Assembly: GCA_030390025.1 (NCBI GenBank)
Contig: JASTWF010000121.1
Location: forward strand, 744,001-808,000
DNA length: 64,000 bases
From: Squalus acanthias
Taxonomy: Eukaryota
Direction of reading: 5' to 3'
This document shows positions 11,529-24,378 of the stretch, one piece after another. Positions within the stretch are counted from its first letter, which is position 1, and every line of letters begins with the position of its first letter. Made by a program: the position numbers and the translations under genes. A model generated the notes under the pieces. The model saw nothing but the letters and a program-made list of their open reading frames with translations. It ran no database searches and was not told where the DNA came from.

Positions 11529-14500
11529 CGGGGTTTCGCACCCAAAGAATGGTCGGAAGTGGGGTTCCGACGTGACGTAGCGGGAGACCAGTAGTCCTTG
11601 CTGTCTTAAAAGGGGGTCATCAGCAGATTATGCTTATAGACACTGGCTCAGCCGTTACCATCATCCACACCCCATACCCTGAATGACATGCAGCGGCGGG
11701 CAAGGGTTGTATGGCCCTTAAATTGTTTAATGGTGATACAACCACCGCGTATACAGGGAAGGCCTCTGAACTTCAGTTGGGTACTGACTTGGATAGAGAA
11801 CTGGTTGGCAGACAGGAAGCAAAGAGTTGGAATAAATGGGTCTTATTCCGAGTGGCAGGCAGTGACTAGTGGGGTACCGCAGGGATCGGTGCTAGGACCC
11901 CAGTTATTCACAATGTATATTAATGATCTAGACGAGGGAACTAGATGTAATATCTACAAGTTTGCAGATGACACAAAGCTGGGTGGGCGTGTGTGTTGTG
12001 CGGAGGATGCAGAAAAACTCCAGTATGATTTGGACAAGTTGGGTGATTGGGCAGATGCATGGCAGATGCAGTATAATGTGGATAAATGCGAGGTTATCCA
12101 CTTTGGTGGCAAAAACAGGAAGGCAGATTATTATATGAACAGCAATAGATTGGGAAAAGGGGAAGTGCAACGAGACCTGGGAGTCCTTGTGCACCAATTG
12201 TTGAAGGTAAGCATGCAGGTGCAACAGGCGGTTAAGAAGGCAAATGGTATGTTGGCCTTCATAGCGAGAGGATTCGAGTACAGGAGCAAGGATGTCTTGC
12301 TGCAGTTGTACAGGGCCTTGCTGAGACCACACCTTGAGTATTGTGTGCAGTTTTGGTCGCCTTATCTGAGGAAGGATATTCTTGCCATGGAGGGAGTGCA
12401 GCAAAGATTCACCAGACTGATACCTGGGATGGCAGGAATGACGTATGAGAGAGAGATTGGGACGATTGGGCTTGTATTCGCTAGAGTTGAGAAGAATGAG
12501 AGGGGATCTCATTGAAACTTATAAAATTCTAACAGGACTAGACAGACTAGATGCAGGAAGGATGTTCCCGATGGCGGGGGAGTCCAGAACCAGGGGTCAC
12601 AGTCTAAGGATAAGGGGTAAGCCATTTAGGACTGAGATGAGGAGGAATTTCTTCACCCAGAGAGTGGTGAACCTGTGGAATTCTCTACCACAGAAGGCAG
12701 TTGAGGCCAATTCATTAAATATATTCAAGAAGGAGTTAGATATATTTCTTAAGGCTAAAGTGATCAAGGGATATGGGGAGAAAGCAGGGACAGGGTACTG
12801 AATTTGGATGATCAGCCATGATCTCATTAAATGGCGGAGCAGGCTCGAGGGGCCGAATGGCCTACTCCTGCTCCTATCTTCTATGTTTCTATGTTTCTAT
12901 GGGAGGCCTCACCTGTAAGGTCCCAGCGCCGATGCTGATGACCACTCCCGACGGAAGGGGAATTTTAGGGACTGATGTGTTGGATCAGTATGGCGCGGTA
13001 ATAGATTACAATCGGGACTGTGTTTGGATGGGATTGAGAAATAATGCAAAAGTGATAGAAATTTCAGATGCTCACTCGGTTTTTGCTATTAAAAAGCCAT
13101 CCGAGTATGACCCTCCGGGGAGCGAAAATGAAGCTGTGGCAAAACTAATTCAGGAACACCCAGCGGTGTTTGTCACGTGGAAGCACGATTGTGGAAAATG
13201 GCAGGTGAAGAGTCTATTGAGGGATCCCCCACTCATTCACCAAACAGTACCCCATCCCAAGGGAGAGACACTCTTACATCCGAGACACCATAAAATCCCT
13301 GGTCGAGCAGGGTGTTGTTAGGACAGACACTTTCACAACCAATTCACCCACATGGCCGGTTAAAAGGCCTGATATCGGCTGGCAACTGACTATTGATTAC
13401 AGAAAGTTAAATTCTGTAACGCCAGCCTGCTCACCGGCAGTAAGAGAAGCTCCCACCAGATTATCTCAAATTCCTGCTGGTTCCAAGTACTTCTCTACCC
13501 TCGACATCCCCAATGGATTCTGGAGTATCCCTGTTAAAAGCGAGGACCAGTACAAATTCGCATTCACATTTGAGGACCAGAGCTACAGCTGGACATGCCT
13601 GCCCCAGGGGTTCCACAATGCCCCCACGATCTTCCACAAAAGAATGGCTGCAGTTTTAAAAGACTTTTTCCGCCCTGCCTGTTTGCTACAGTATGTAGAC
13701 GATCTACTGCTGGCAACCGATAGCACGGAGGAGCATCTGTCCCTTTTGCACGAACTGTTGACATTGTTGGCTCAGGCGGGACTAAAGGTGAATCCCCGGA
13801 AGGCTCAGTTGGTAAAAGCACGGGTCACCTTTCTGGGAGTGTCCATTTCTCCAGAGGGATCGTCCCACGACTCCCACAAGGTGGAGATAATACAGCGACT
13901 ACCATTACCCACTTCCAAAACAGCCCTACGATCATTCTTGGGTTTAGTGGGGTACCAAAGGAACTTTATCCCAGGCTTTGCAGAGTGCGCAATGCCCCTG
14001 TATGATTTGATAAAACCCAGTCCGTGGCCAAATTAAAAACTGCAGTGATACAGGTCGCATGCCTGATTCCTCCGGATCCCAAGCAGCCCTTCCATTTGGA
14101 GGTCGGGGCCACAGAACAAAGCCTGGCCGCAGTTCTGTGCCAAACGCGAGCTGATCGACTGCAGCCCATTGCATGTGCGTCTCCAATCCTGCAGGGGGCA
14201 GTAAAGACGTACACCGCGTGTGAGCGCCACCTGCTGGCCGTCTTCTGGGCGCTGCATCATTTGACCTTTATTTCTGGGCTACAAGCGACCATCCTTCACA
14301 GCGCTCACACGCCTCTGAACCTACTGATGAAACCTGGAGATTCGCTAGTTTCCTCGCAGCACCTCAGCAAATGGACATTGGAATTTATGGAAAGAGACAT
14401 TGGCATCATTTACAAACCCACCACATTGCTGCCACAATTTCTGGTTTATGAGGGGGAACCACATGAATGTCCGCTACCCCTGATTAACTTTGAGACCCAT

Positions 14501-14800
14501 CCTGTGCAGAAAGAGCCCATACAGGGAGCCCCAGATGTCTACATCGATGGGTCCTCATATCACATCGAGGGATCCCCCATATTGCCCACCACCCCCAGTA
14601 GTCCAGAGGGGTCGAAAGGGGGAACAGGACCCTCAAGTTAATGTAAAATAATTGTGTGCAGACCACCCCACTCAATGGGCTAACATGCTGCCAATGTGCT
14701 GAATGGCAATGAGGTCCACACCTCATAAAACAACAGGAGTCTCCCCATATCAGGCCATGACGGGGAGACTCATGAGAACGCCAGGCCAGCTAACACTAAC
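11529..14800 (+). pseudogene. pol: pro-pol pseudogene, interrupted by CR1 and deleted between RNase H and the integrase core
   Basis: LIDTGSAVTII (~11633), GILGTDVL, IDYRKLN, LPQGFHNAP, LLQYVDDLLL, tether with ERHLLAVFWAL, second RH YIDGSS (~14539), IN motif ~14590-14640 and RSTPHKTTGVSPYQAMTGR. Confidence 0.85.
11779..12900 (+). mobile_element. Young 5'-truncated CR1 inserted in the ERV protease
   Basis: [14 protein letters not shown], 3' stem-loop and (TTCTATGT)n tail; host reads ELQL|GGLTC across the insertion. Confidence 0.9.
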
Positions 14801-14849
14801 GGGGATGAGCCCCTTGACAATGGAAACATGTAGTTCCAAGTGGCTGGAA

Positions 14850-15363
14850 CATCGAAAACCCATCGAAACTCACCAGCGAAACTCAAGAGCCATTAAAAGG
14901 TGTGAACAAACAATTAACTTCATCAAGAAATGGCCCCAGCCCCTGCAGACAGACACATGCTCAAAGGAAAGCCAATCAAGAACTGCCATGAAACTAAGAC
15001 CCAATCCTGGGGTCTTAGCAATTTAGACAAGAGACAATGGACTTAAAAAGATATAAAATAAGGAACCCAAAGGCTCTCGCTCTCTCTCTGGATGACCACG
15101 CGGAAAAGCAGGAAGCCCTCCCTCTACAGACCAGAGCAAGAAGCAAGGAGAAAGGCCGCGTGCATTGCTTGACTCAGGGAAGTACCAGTCTGTGTAAATC
15201 TAACCCAACACCTTACCTGTTGTAATCGAGTAGAGTCCATAGATACCAGTAGGCTATTGTTTTGATGTGCACGAGTGTGTGTGTTTCATAAACTTATTCC
15301 AAATTGTTTCAAAAGAATTGGTCTTGCTGTCAATTTAATGCCAGTTGAAATAAAAAGCTTACA
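14850..15363 (+). repeat. 3' LTR, missing its first ~160 bp and the PPT
   Basis: About 18 differences from the 5' LTR over ~510 bp counted by eye (~96% identity). Confidence 0.9.
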
Positions 15364-17499
15364 CTTAAAAGATGAAAGCGGTGATATTATCAATGACAAT
15401 AAGGAAATAGCGGACATGTTGAATAATTACTTTGCGTCAGTATTTACAGTAGAGGAAGAGGATAGCATGCCAGAAATCCCAAGGAAACTAAAACTGAATT
15501 AGGGACAGGGACTCAATAAAATTAACATAAGTAAAATAATATTATTGAAGAAAATAGTGGCACTAAAGAGTGACAAATCCCCAGGACCAGATGGTTTCCA
15601 TCCCAGGGATTTAAAGAAAGTAGGTGAGCACATTGCAGATGCCTTAACTATAATCTTCCAAAGTTCTCTAGATTCAGGAACCGTCCCTTTAGATTGGAAA
15701 ATTGCGCATGTCACTCCGCTATTTAAGAATGGCGAGAGGGGAAACCAGGGAATTATAGACCAGTTAGCCGAACATCTGTTGTCAGGAAATTGCTAGAGTC
15801 TATAATTAATGATAGGGTGACTGAACACCTCGCAAATTTTCAGCTGATCAGAGAGAGCCAGCATGGATTTGTGAAAGGCAGGTCATGACTGACAAACCTG
15901 ATTGAAATTTTTGAGAAGGTGATTAAATTAGTGGACAGGGGAATGTCTACGGATGATAATAATATGGACTTCTAGAAGGTTTTTGATACAGTCCCACATA
16001 AGAGACTGTTAACTAATGTAGAAGCCCATGGAATTGAAGGCAAATTATTGACCTGGTTAGGAAATTGGCTGAGCGGCAGGAGACAGAGAGTAGGGACAAT
16101 GGGCAGGTACTCTAACTGGCAGGATGTGACTAGTGGTGTCCTGCAGGGATCTGTGTTGGGGCCTCAACTATTCACAGTATTTATTAACGATTTAGATGAT
16201 GACATAGAATGCCAAAGTATCCAAATTTGCCGATGGCACAAAGATAGGCGGCATTTTAGGCAGTGTAGATGAAAGCATAAAATTACAAAGGGATAGCGAC
16301 AGATTAAGTGAATGGGCAAAACTGTGGCAAATGGATTTCAATGTAGGTGAATGTGATATCATCCACTTTGGAACTAAAAAGGATAGAACAGGATACTTTC
16401 TAAATAGTGAGAAGCTAAAAACAGTGGAGGTCCAAAGAGACTTGGGGGTCCAGGTACATAGATCATTAGAATGTCATGAACAGGTACAGAAAATAATCAA
16501 AAAGACTAATGGAATGCTGGCCTTTATATCTAGAGGACTAGAATACAAGGGGGTAGAAGTTATGTTGCAGCTGTACAAAGCCCTGGTTAGATCACACCTG
16601 GAGCACTGTGAGCAGTTCTGGGCACCACACCTTAGGAAGGATATATTGGCCTTGGAGGGAGTGCAGCGTAGGTTTACCAGAATGATACCTGGACTCCAAG
16701 GGTTAACTTACGAGGAGAGATTACACAAATTAGGGTTGTATTCCCTGGAATTTAGAAAGTTAAGGGATGATTTGATCGAAGTTCTCAAGCTCTTAATTCT
16801 AGGGAATAAAACCCTGGGAACAGTTAGGGTCGATCAAGAGAAACTATTTCCACTGGTTGGGGAATCTAGCACTAGGGGGCATTGTCTAAAAATTAGAGCC
16901 AGACCTTTCAGGAGTGAAGTTAGGAAACACTTCGGCCGCGATTTTGCCGCTGCTCAGGGGGCGGGTTCAAAGGCGGGTCAGCTGTTAAATTCAAAATGAT
17001 TGACGGCGGGTTGTGAACCCGGCACGAACCCGCCTCCTGAGTTTCTAAAGTGTCAGGTCTGCGATTTCAGAACAGTCCCGACACCAAGTGGCGGGGGAGG
17101 CATTTTAGACACTTAACTGCTTGTTAAGTGCTGGTTATCTGCTATTTTTCCAGCCTTTTTCTATTTTGCCACATTTTCAACGGGTTTCACGTCGTTCGCA
17201 GACCACGTCAGGTGAGTATGTCGGGAGTTCCAACGAGCTGAATATTTCACAGCTGCAACTGCAGTATAAAAGCTAAACTCTCACATCTGTTCACTGTCAA
17301 ATGTCAGAGGTTGCTGTATTCAGGATTTGGAAGACACGTTTGATCTGTATTGAGGCTGTAAGTGTGTGTTGTAAACTCTATATGTACCGTCACCTCCTTG
17401 GAATAACCTCTCTCCCCATTGACTGACTGCTCATAACATCTCATCCTCAACTGCCATATATACCAGCAGAATGGATCGATTTATATTCTGTCATCCTGG

Positions 17500-19475
17500 T
17501 CCTCAGAATCTGAAGAGGATCAGCCGCAGCTGCAGCAGAACCAGGCAGACCAACATCACCAACAACAGGAGCGCCAACCTTCTCCTCACCCACCTGATGC
17601 TGCACAGGGCAGAGGGCGTCAGCGCAGGGCTGCACCGCGCCGCAGGAGATACCCCCAACACAGGGTTTACAGGCAGAGGATCAGCTTTCTCAACATGACT
17701 GAGCAGCAGTGCCAAAGGAGGCTGAGACTTTCGCGAGAGGTAGTCGCAGACATTTGCACAATGCTCGATCAGGAGCTGCAGCCCAGAGGAGCAGGTGGAC
17801 AAGTCTAACCAGTGGCTGTCAAAGTCACCACCGCCCTCAACTTCTTTGCGTCAGGGTCCTTCCAGGGATCATCAGCAGACATTAGCGGCATCTCCCAGTA
17901 GGCCACCCACAGCTGCATCACGCAGGTCACCGATGTCCTCTTTGCCAAGTCTGCCAATTCCATCCACTTCTCCACTGATGAGGCAAGTGTTACCGAGCGG
18001 GCGCTAGGCTTTGTCAATCTGGTTGGCTTCCCACGGGTGCAGGGCGTCATGGACTGCACACGTGTGGCCATCAGGGCACCACATCAGAACCCAAAAGTAT
18101 TTGTCAACCGCAAGGGCTTCCACTCCCTTAACGTGTAGCTGGTGTGCAACCATAGGAAGAGTATCATGCATGTGTGCACCAAGTTCCCTGGCAGCTGCCA
18201 TGACTCTTACATCCTGCGCCAGTCCACTGTCCCTCAGCTCTACGCTCTGCCAAACGAACTTTCCGGCGGGCTCCTTGGAGACAAGGGATATCCCCTGAAA
18301 ATGTGGCTAATGACACCGGTGAGGAGGCCATCAAACGAGTCTGAGGAGTGTTACAATTAAAGCCACATTTCCACCAGAAGTGCGATAGAGTCATGGAGTC
18401 ATACGGCACAGAAGGAGGCCATTCGGCCCATCGAGTCCGTGCCAGCTCTCTGTCGAGCAATCCAGTCAGTCCCATTGCCCCGCTCTATCCCCGTAGCCCT
18501 GCAAGTTTATTTCCCTCAAGTGCCTATCCAGTCTCCCTTTGAAAACATTGAGTTTCTCCGCTTCCACCACTTCCATCGGCAGTGAGTTCCAGGTCCTCAC
18601 CACTCGCTGCGTAAAAAAGTTTTTCTTCCCATCCCCCCCGTATCTCTTGGCTAAAACCTTAAATCTGTGTCCCCTAGTCCTTGTACCATCAACATTCCCC
18701 ATCTAGCCTATCCAAACCCGTCATTATCTTCTATACCTCTATTAAATCATCCCTCAACCTACTTTGCTCTAATGAAAAAAAAAACAGCTTCTCCAACCTG
18801 TCCTTGTAGCTAAGATCCCCCATCCCCGGAACCATTCTGGTAAATCTCCTCTGCACCCTCTCAAGGGCCTTCACATCCTTCCTAAAGTGTGGTGACCAGA
18901 ACTGGACGCAATACTCCAGTTGTGGCCTAACCAGCACTTTATAAAGGTTCAGCATAACTTCTCTACTTTTGTACTCAATACCTCTATTTATGAAGCCCAA
19001 GATCCCATATGTTTGCTAACCACGCTCTCAATATGTCCTGCCACCTTCAGGGACCTATGCACATTAACTCCCAGGTCCCTCTGTCCCTGCACACTCTTTA
19101 AAACTGTGCCATTAAATGTATATTGCCTCTCCCTTTTCCTTTTGCCAAAATGCATCAATAGGGTTGTTCAAAATGCGGTTCAGATGCCTGGACAGATCTG
19201 ATGGAGCCCTACAGTACGCACCAGCCAGGGTCTCGAGAATCATCGTTGTCTGCTGTGCCCTGCACAACATCGCACTGCAGCGAGGATTAGCGCTGCATGA
19301 GGAACAAGGCGCAGAGCACACAGCCTCTTCAGAGGAGGAGGAGGAGGAGGATGAGCAGAATGAGGTTCCAGATGAGGAATACCTGGAGGAGGTGGCTGAC
19401 CCAGTGTGACCAGCACGCGAGCACATTGCTGCCCGTGATGCCCATGATGGCTTAATCAATGCCAGATTCACATAA
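17500..19475 (+). pseudogene. Harbinger (HARBI1-like) DDE transposase with stops and a nested CR1
   Basis: [76 protein letters not shown]. Confidence 0.9.
18386..19157 (-). mobile_element. 5'-truncated CR1 nested in the Harbinger transposase
   Basis: ORFs 18466-18702 and 18731-19000 are the CR1 ORF2 C-terminus. Confidence 0.85.
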
Positions 19476-19664
19476 CTTTATGCAGCACAGACATGTGGCT
19501 GCCACATACACAATAAGGTTGGCATTACCACACTGCCACACCATAGAGTATGTCTACAATGATCTGTGCATTCCTTGCACTGTCACCACCATTGCTGGAC
19601 ATAAAAGGCACCCTCACCCTTCACTGTCCCACTTCAAATTGTGAACACACATATGGCAATGAAT

Positions 19665-20922
19665 TCAAACAATGCCCATGGATTGGAGGGTAGCTAATGT
19701 TACCCCACTATTCAAAAAAGGTGGTAGAGAGAAAACGGGGAATTACAGACCGGTAAGCCTGACATCGGTAGTGGGGAAAATGCTAGAGTCCATTATAAAA
19801 GATGCAATAGCAGAGCACTTGGAAAACAGTGACAGGATCGGACAAAGTCAACATGGATTTACAAAAGGTAAATCGTGCTTGACTAATCTACTGGAATTTT
19901 TTGAGGATGTAACTGGTAGAATAGATAAGGGAGAAACAGTGGATGTGGTGTATTTGGACTTTCAGAAGGCTTTCGATAAGGTCCCGCATAAGAGATTAGC
20001 GTGCAAAGTTAAAGCACATGGGATTGGGGGTGAGGTACTGATTTGGATAGAGAACTGGTTGGCAGAAAGGAAGCAAAGAGTTGGAATAAACGGATCTTTT
20101 TCTGTGTGGCAGGCAGTGACTAGTGGGGTACCGCAGGGATCAGTGCTAGGACCCCAGCTATTCACAATATATATATTAATGATCAAGACGAGGGAACTAG
20201 ATGTAATATCTCTAAGCTTGCAGAGGACACAAAGCTGGGTGGGTGTGTGTGCTGTGAGGAGGATGCAGAGAAACTCCAGGATGATTTGGACAGGTTGGGT
20301 GATTGGGCAGGTGCATGGCAGATGCAGTATAATGTGGATAAATGCGAGGTTATCCACTTCGGTGGCAAAAACAGGGAGACAGATTATTAACTGAATGGCA
20401 ATAGATTGGGAAAAGGGGAAGTGCAACGAGATCTGGGAGTCCTTGTGCACCAGTCGCTGAAGGTAAGCATGCAGGTGCAGCAGGCGGTTAAGAAGGCAAA
20501 TGGCCTTCATAGCGAGAGGATTTGAGTACAGGAGCAAGGATGTCTTGCTGCAGTTGTACAGGGCCTTGGTGAGACCACACCTTGAGTATTGTGTGCAGTT
20601 TTGGTCGACTTATCTGAGGAAGGATGTTCTTGCCATGGAGGGAGTGCAGCGAAGATTTACCAGACTGATATTCTTCACCCAGAGAGTGGTGAACCTGTGG
20701 AATTCTCTACCACAGAAGGCAGTTGAGGCCAATTCATTAAATATATTCAAGAAGGAGATAGATATATTTCTTAAGGCGAAAGGGATCAAGGGATATGGGG
20801 AGAGAGCAGGGACAGGGTATTGAATTTGGATGATCAGCCATGCTCTCATTAAATGGCGGAGCAGGCTCGAGGGGCCGAATGCCCTACTCCTGCTCCTATC
20901 TTCTATGCTTCTATGCTTCTAT
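19665..20922 (+). mobile_element. 5'-truncated CR1 with an internal deletion, nested in the Harbinger
   Basis: [28 protein letters not shown]; tail ctatgcttctat. Confidence 0.9.
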
Positions 20923-20934
20923 ACTACACTATCT

Positions 20935-21976
20935 TGCATAGTACCCACTGAGGTGTACGTCTCTGCGCTGGTGCTGGCTGCGATCATTTCTGCTGAGGCT
21001 GCTCCCTCAGAAGCTGGTGCATCCTCTGAGGAATCCTCCTGCGCTTCCTCCTGGACAGTAGGGAGGGGGGCACTTGATGGGCCTGTGGGAGAGTAAAGAC
21101 ATGGGTTAGACATGATGTAGATTGCAGACATATCCCATTGAGCAAATGATGAGCATTCAATGTCTATTGACATCAGATCCCATGAGTCACTCATGAATGC
21201 CCAATAAGATGGTTGGAAAATGATTCTGTCACCAGGTTGTTCTACTGAGCCCCTCTCTCCGTCCCCCACTTCAAGCTGGTCAACTGCTCCTGAAATGTCG
21301 AGAGCGGCCTCCTCAGCGTGGGTGAGCTGAGCCAACGATGGTGGTCCTCCTCCTGTCTGCTCCCTCTCCCTCTTATTGTGGGCTCTCTTTTCCTGCAATG
21401 AAGTAAAGAAGTGCAGTTTTAGTGAGTGTGATGGGATGAGTGTAAAGAATGGATGGGATAGATGTTTTGAGGGAGACTATGATGGAGTGAGGTGCCAATA
21501 CCAAGTTTCCTCCTTTTCAGTTGTTAGTTGTTGTCGCTGCATAACATTGAGGGTGGGTGTGAGGGGTGCACAGTAAGATGGGGAAGTGAATCTGTACATA
21601 GGGAGAGAGGCATGGGTGATGCTGCAAGGGATGTCGGGGTGAGTTCGGATGTGCAAGAGTAGGGTTGGCAATGCAGAGTGATGGGGATGTGATGACAGGC
21701 ACAGCAGAATTAAGGTAAGTGTGCTGTAATACTCACTTTTCCTGAACACAGATCATTGAACCTCTTCCTACATTGGGCCCAGGTGCAAGTATACACACAC
21801 CTTGCATTTACCTCCTCAGATATTTGCAGCCAGGCTGCCTTTGTCTTCTGAGGAGATTTCCTTCTTCCATTCCCAGGGAATAGAACCTCCCTGCGTCCTC
21901 TGATTCCCTCCACCAGAACATGGAGGGAGTCCTGGTTGAAGCGGGGAGCAGCCTTTGTTCTTTCTTCAGTCACCAT
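20935..21976 (-). pseudogene. Harbinger Myb/SANT-like DNA-binding protein, multi-exon remnant
   Basis: APRFNQDSL...WLQISEEVNA...WAQCRKRFNDL then GT donor; next exon EKRAHNKREREQTGGGPP; acidic third exon. Confidence 0.85.
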
Positions 21977-22719
21977 TCAAAGCACCAGCTCTCAGGAGCA
22001 TCAAACCCGAAGTGAGAGCAGATGGGGTCACGACCCTTTAAATACACCGGCTGTAAACACGTCATCAGTGGAGCTCAGCAGACCCGCACCTGGTGATTCG
22101 GCCGGGTAACGCGCACGGCGGGCTTAACAAGCCCAATCAATGGAAAGTTGCTTGCACAGAGCGGCTGGAACCGGGAGCGGGACCAGAACCCGCCAACTAT
22201 CTATCCCGCCGCGAACCCGCCTCCGCTGGGAAAATCCAGCCCTTCTACACACAAAGGGTGGGAGAAGTTTGGAACTCTCTTCCACAAATGGCAACTGATG
22301 CTTGATCAATTGTTAATTTCATATCTGAGGTTGACAGATTATTGTTAACCAGAGGTATTAAGGGATATGGGCCAAAGGAGTTAGGTTGCAGATCAGCCAT
22401 GATCTCATTGAATGGTGGAACAGGCTCGAGGGGCTAAATGGTCTCCTCCTGTTCCTATGTTCTCTCTGTCTCTCCTCCTCTCTCTCTCTCTATCTCTCCC
22501 TCTCTCTATCTCTCGCCCTCTCTCTCTTCCCCCAGCCCGCTCCACCTGTCTCCCTCCCGATCGTGGCCTCTCACAACACTTCCTCCCCTCCACCACTTCC
22601 CTTCACTCCCCTACACACACTAAACCACACTTTACTGCACCTCCTTCTTCTCATACTCACAAACTCACCGCTAGCACAACCCTGATGTACCTACAACACA
22701 CATCTCACACACTCATTAT

Positions 22720-24052
22720 CAGCTATTCCCCCATGACCGCCATATATTCCACAAGACTCTCACTAACACAACACTTCTTTCTTGTCGGAGAAGGTCACAC
22801 AAATCCCGAGACAGCAAGCTGTCACCGGAGGAGGTAGAGCCCACCTGCATACCCTCTTTCCCCCCTCGAAGGAAACGTGCTTGCCATCAGGGGCGGGGGG
22901 AGAGTTGAATCCGTGGCGACTGGCAGATCTGGAGGTGATGTTGCGCAGGGTGTCTTCACACCTAATTCTCTTGGTCCCTTCTGACCTCTCTCTGCCCTCA
23001 CACTCGGCCTGGCAAGCTGCAGATGCTCTCAATGCCCACTTCTCTCTTTCTCTGCTCTCCCTTCACACCACAAGCTAACCCTTGTTCCTCTCTTTCATTT
23101 TAGGTCCTGATAATGTGGAAAGCCCTCTGCCAGTGCAGGAAGAGGAGGTCAGCCTTCCGGAAGAGCTTCGGTGATCTCACTGATGCAGGTGTTGACTGCG
23201 AACTGAGATATGTTACTAATGTCACCTGTTGCAGCCTGAAAGGAGCCCACAGCACAGAAATTGAGGGCGACGGTGAGCTTGACAGCCACAGGCAGTGCTG
23301 TCCATGCCCTGGTATACAGCTCGAGCTGGGGACTGAGCTCAGTCACAGCCTCCTTAGTACAGCGAAGGCACCTCAAGCATTGCTCCTGCGTAAAGTTAAG
23401 GTTGGGGAAATGCTACCTGAATACTCTCTGAGGATATGGGCTCCTACGCAGTGCCCTCCTCCTCCTCCCTCTTCTGGCTCCTGCTCTGGGATGCCCGTCC
23501 TGCTGCTCCCCCTCATCTTCCAGCCCCAAAGGCAGCCCTATGAGCCTACCCGTGTGTACAGGCAAACTATCCAGCTCACAAATACCAGCCGTCTAACAAC
23601 AGCTAAATCTCCACCCAAGCACAGAAAGTCACATTTGCACCGTGTTAAAACGCATCAAAAAAAGTCCTGCGGAGTTGAAGCAGCAGCTTAAAAAGACAAA
23701 CCCGCCTGTGAGTTCAGCATGATCGCTGTAAATCTCACCTGCCAGGGGACCTTCCTGCCAGTAAGCACCACGGTATTCGGAGTGAGATCAGCACGTGGTG
23801 GGACACTCACTGGGGCAGCTGGAAATTTAAAGTCCATCGCAGGGAACGCCACGGATAATGATTTGCATGCCTCTTAAATTAATTTTAATTCTGCCGGCGG
23901 GCGCACCTACTGACTTCACTGGCTCCATCCCAATATGGCGGGTGGCGCAATACCAGTCGGAAATGTGCGCGCGCTTCCTGCCCGCCATATTGGGGCCTTA
24001 GTAGGCTGGTTAGCGAAAAATGGGCAGCGTGTGGACAAATCTTTAGGCCCCC
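22720..24052 (-). mobile_element. Deleted Harbinger remnant ending ~330 bp upstream of the host gene ATG
   Basis: Minus-strand ALPVAVKLTVALNF...GSFQAATGDISNISQFAV (23149-23376); plus-strand Myb exon fragment (TGGG); GC-rich terminus. Confidence 0.7.
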
Positions 24053-24084
24053 GTATCTTCCTCACACGGGAAGAATGGATTTTG

Positions 24085-24378
24085 GGATAAGCTGCTGAAG
24101 GGCTGCCAGTGCCTGTGAATCTCCACCCCAGCAGGTCACCTCCTTCAGGAGAGAAACTGGAGGGAAGAGAAACAAATCCATTTTAAGGCTTGGCTGCTTG
24201 TCTGTGATGTGAATACATTTTCCTGACAGGTCAGCCCACTTGTTCTCACTCCTTCCTCTTTATGTGGTTTGTAATCGACAAGAACGTAGGGAAGTTAAGT
24301 GAAACTGAGCAATCTCTGAAACATTGGCAGTAACGTACAGTCTGTGAATTTAACCTGTTAATAATAAGATTGTTTGAA
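24085..24378 (+). promoter_or_regulatory. Candidate TATA-less haematopoietic promoter of the Ig-V receptor gene
   Basis: Unique sequence before the leader with GATAA (~24087), ETS CTTCCTC (24252), RUNX TGTGGTT (24263), GGGAAGT (24289) and IRF-like AAGTGAAACT (24297); motif matches only. Confidence 0.35.

Larger units (their letters stand above)
8810..15363 (+). mobile_element. Internally deleted endogenous retrovirus-like LTR element (LTR-PBS-gag-pro-RT-tether-RH//IN//LTR; no env)
   Basis: TG...CA LTRs, tRNA-Pro PBS, CCHC knuckle, DTG protease, LPQG/YVDD RT, dual RNase H, integrase PQxSxGVERxNxTLK; short TSD about CTT. Confidence 0.9.
16934..22242. mobile_element. Autonomous-type PIF/Harbinger DNA transposon (decayed) with convergent transposase and Myb/SANT genes
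   Basis: TIR-like ends GGCCGCGATTTT...AAAATCCAGCCC; TTC TSD at 16931-16933 and 22243-22245. Confidence 0.9.
8450..22460 (+). mobile_element. One old CR1 split into three pieces (~8450-8809, 15364-16933, 22243-22460) by an ERV and a Harbinger insertion
   Basis: Removing the inserts rejoins VGPL|KDESG and RKHF|YTQRV reading continuity. Confidence 0.8.

Noticed and set aside
17500-21976. Domesticated HARBI1/NAIF1 host genes
   Set aside because: In-frame stops, CR1 insertions, TIRs and TSD show a decayed transposon
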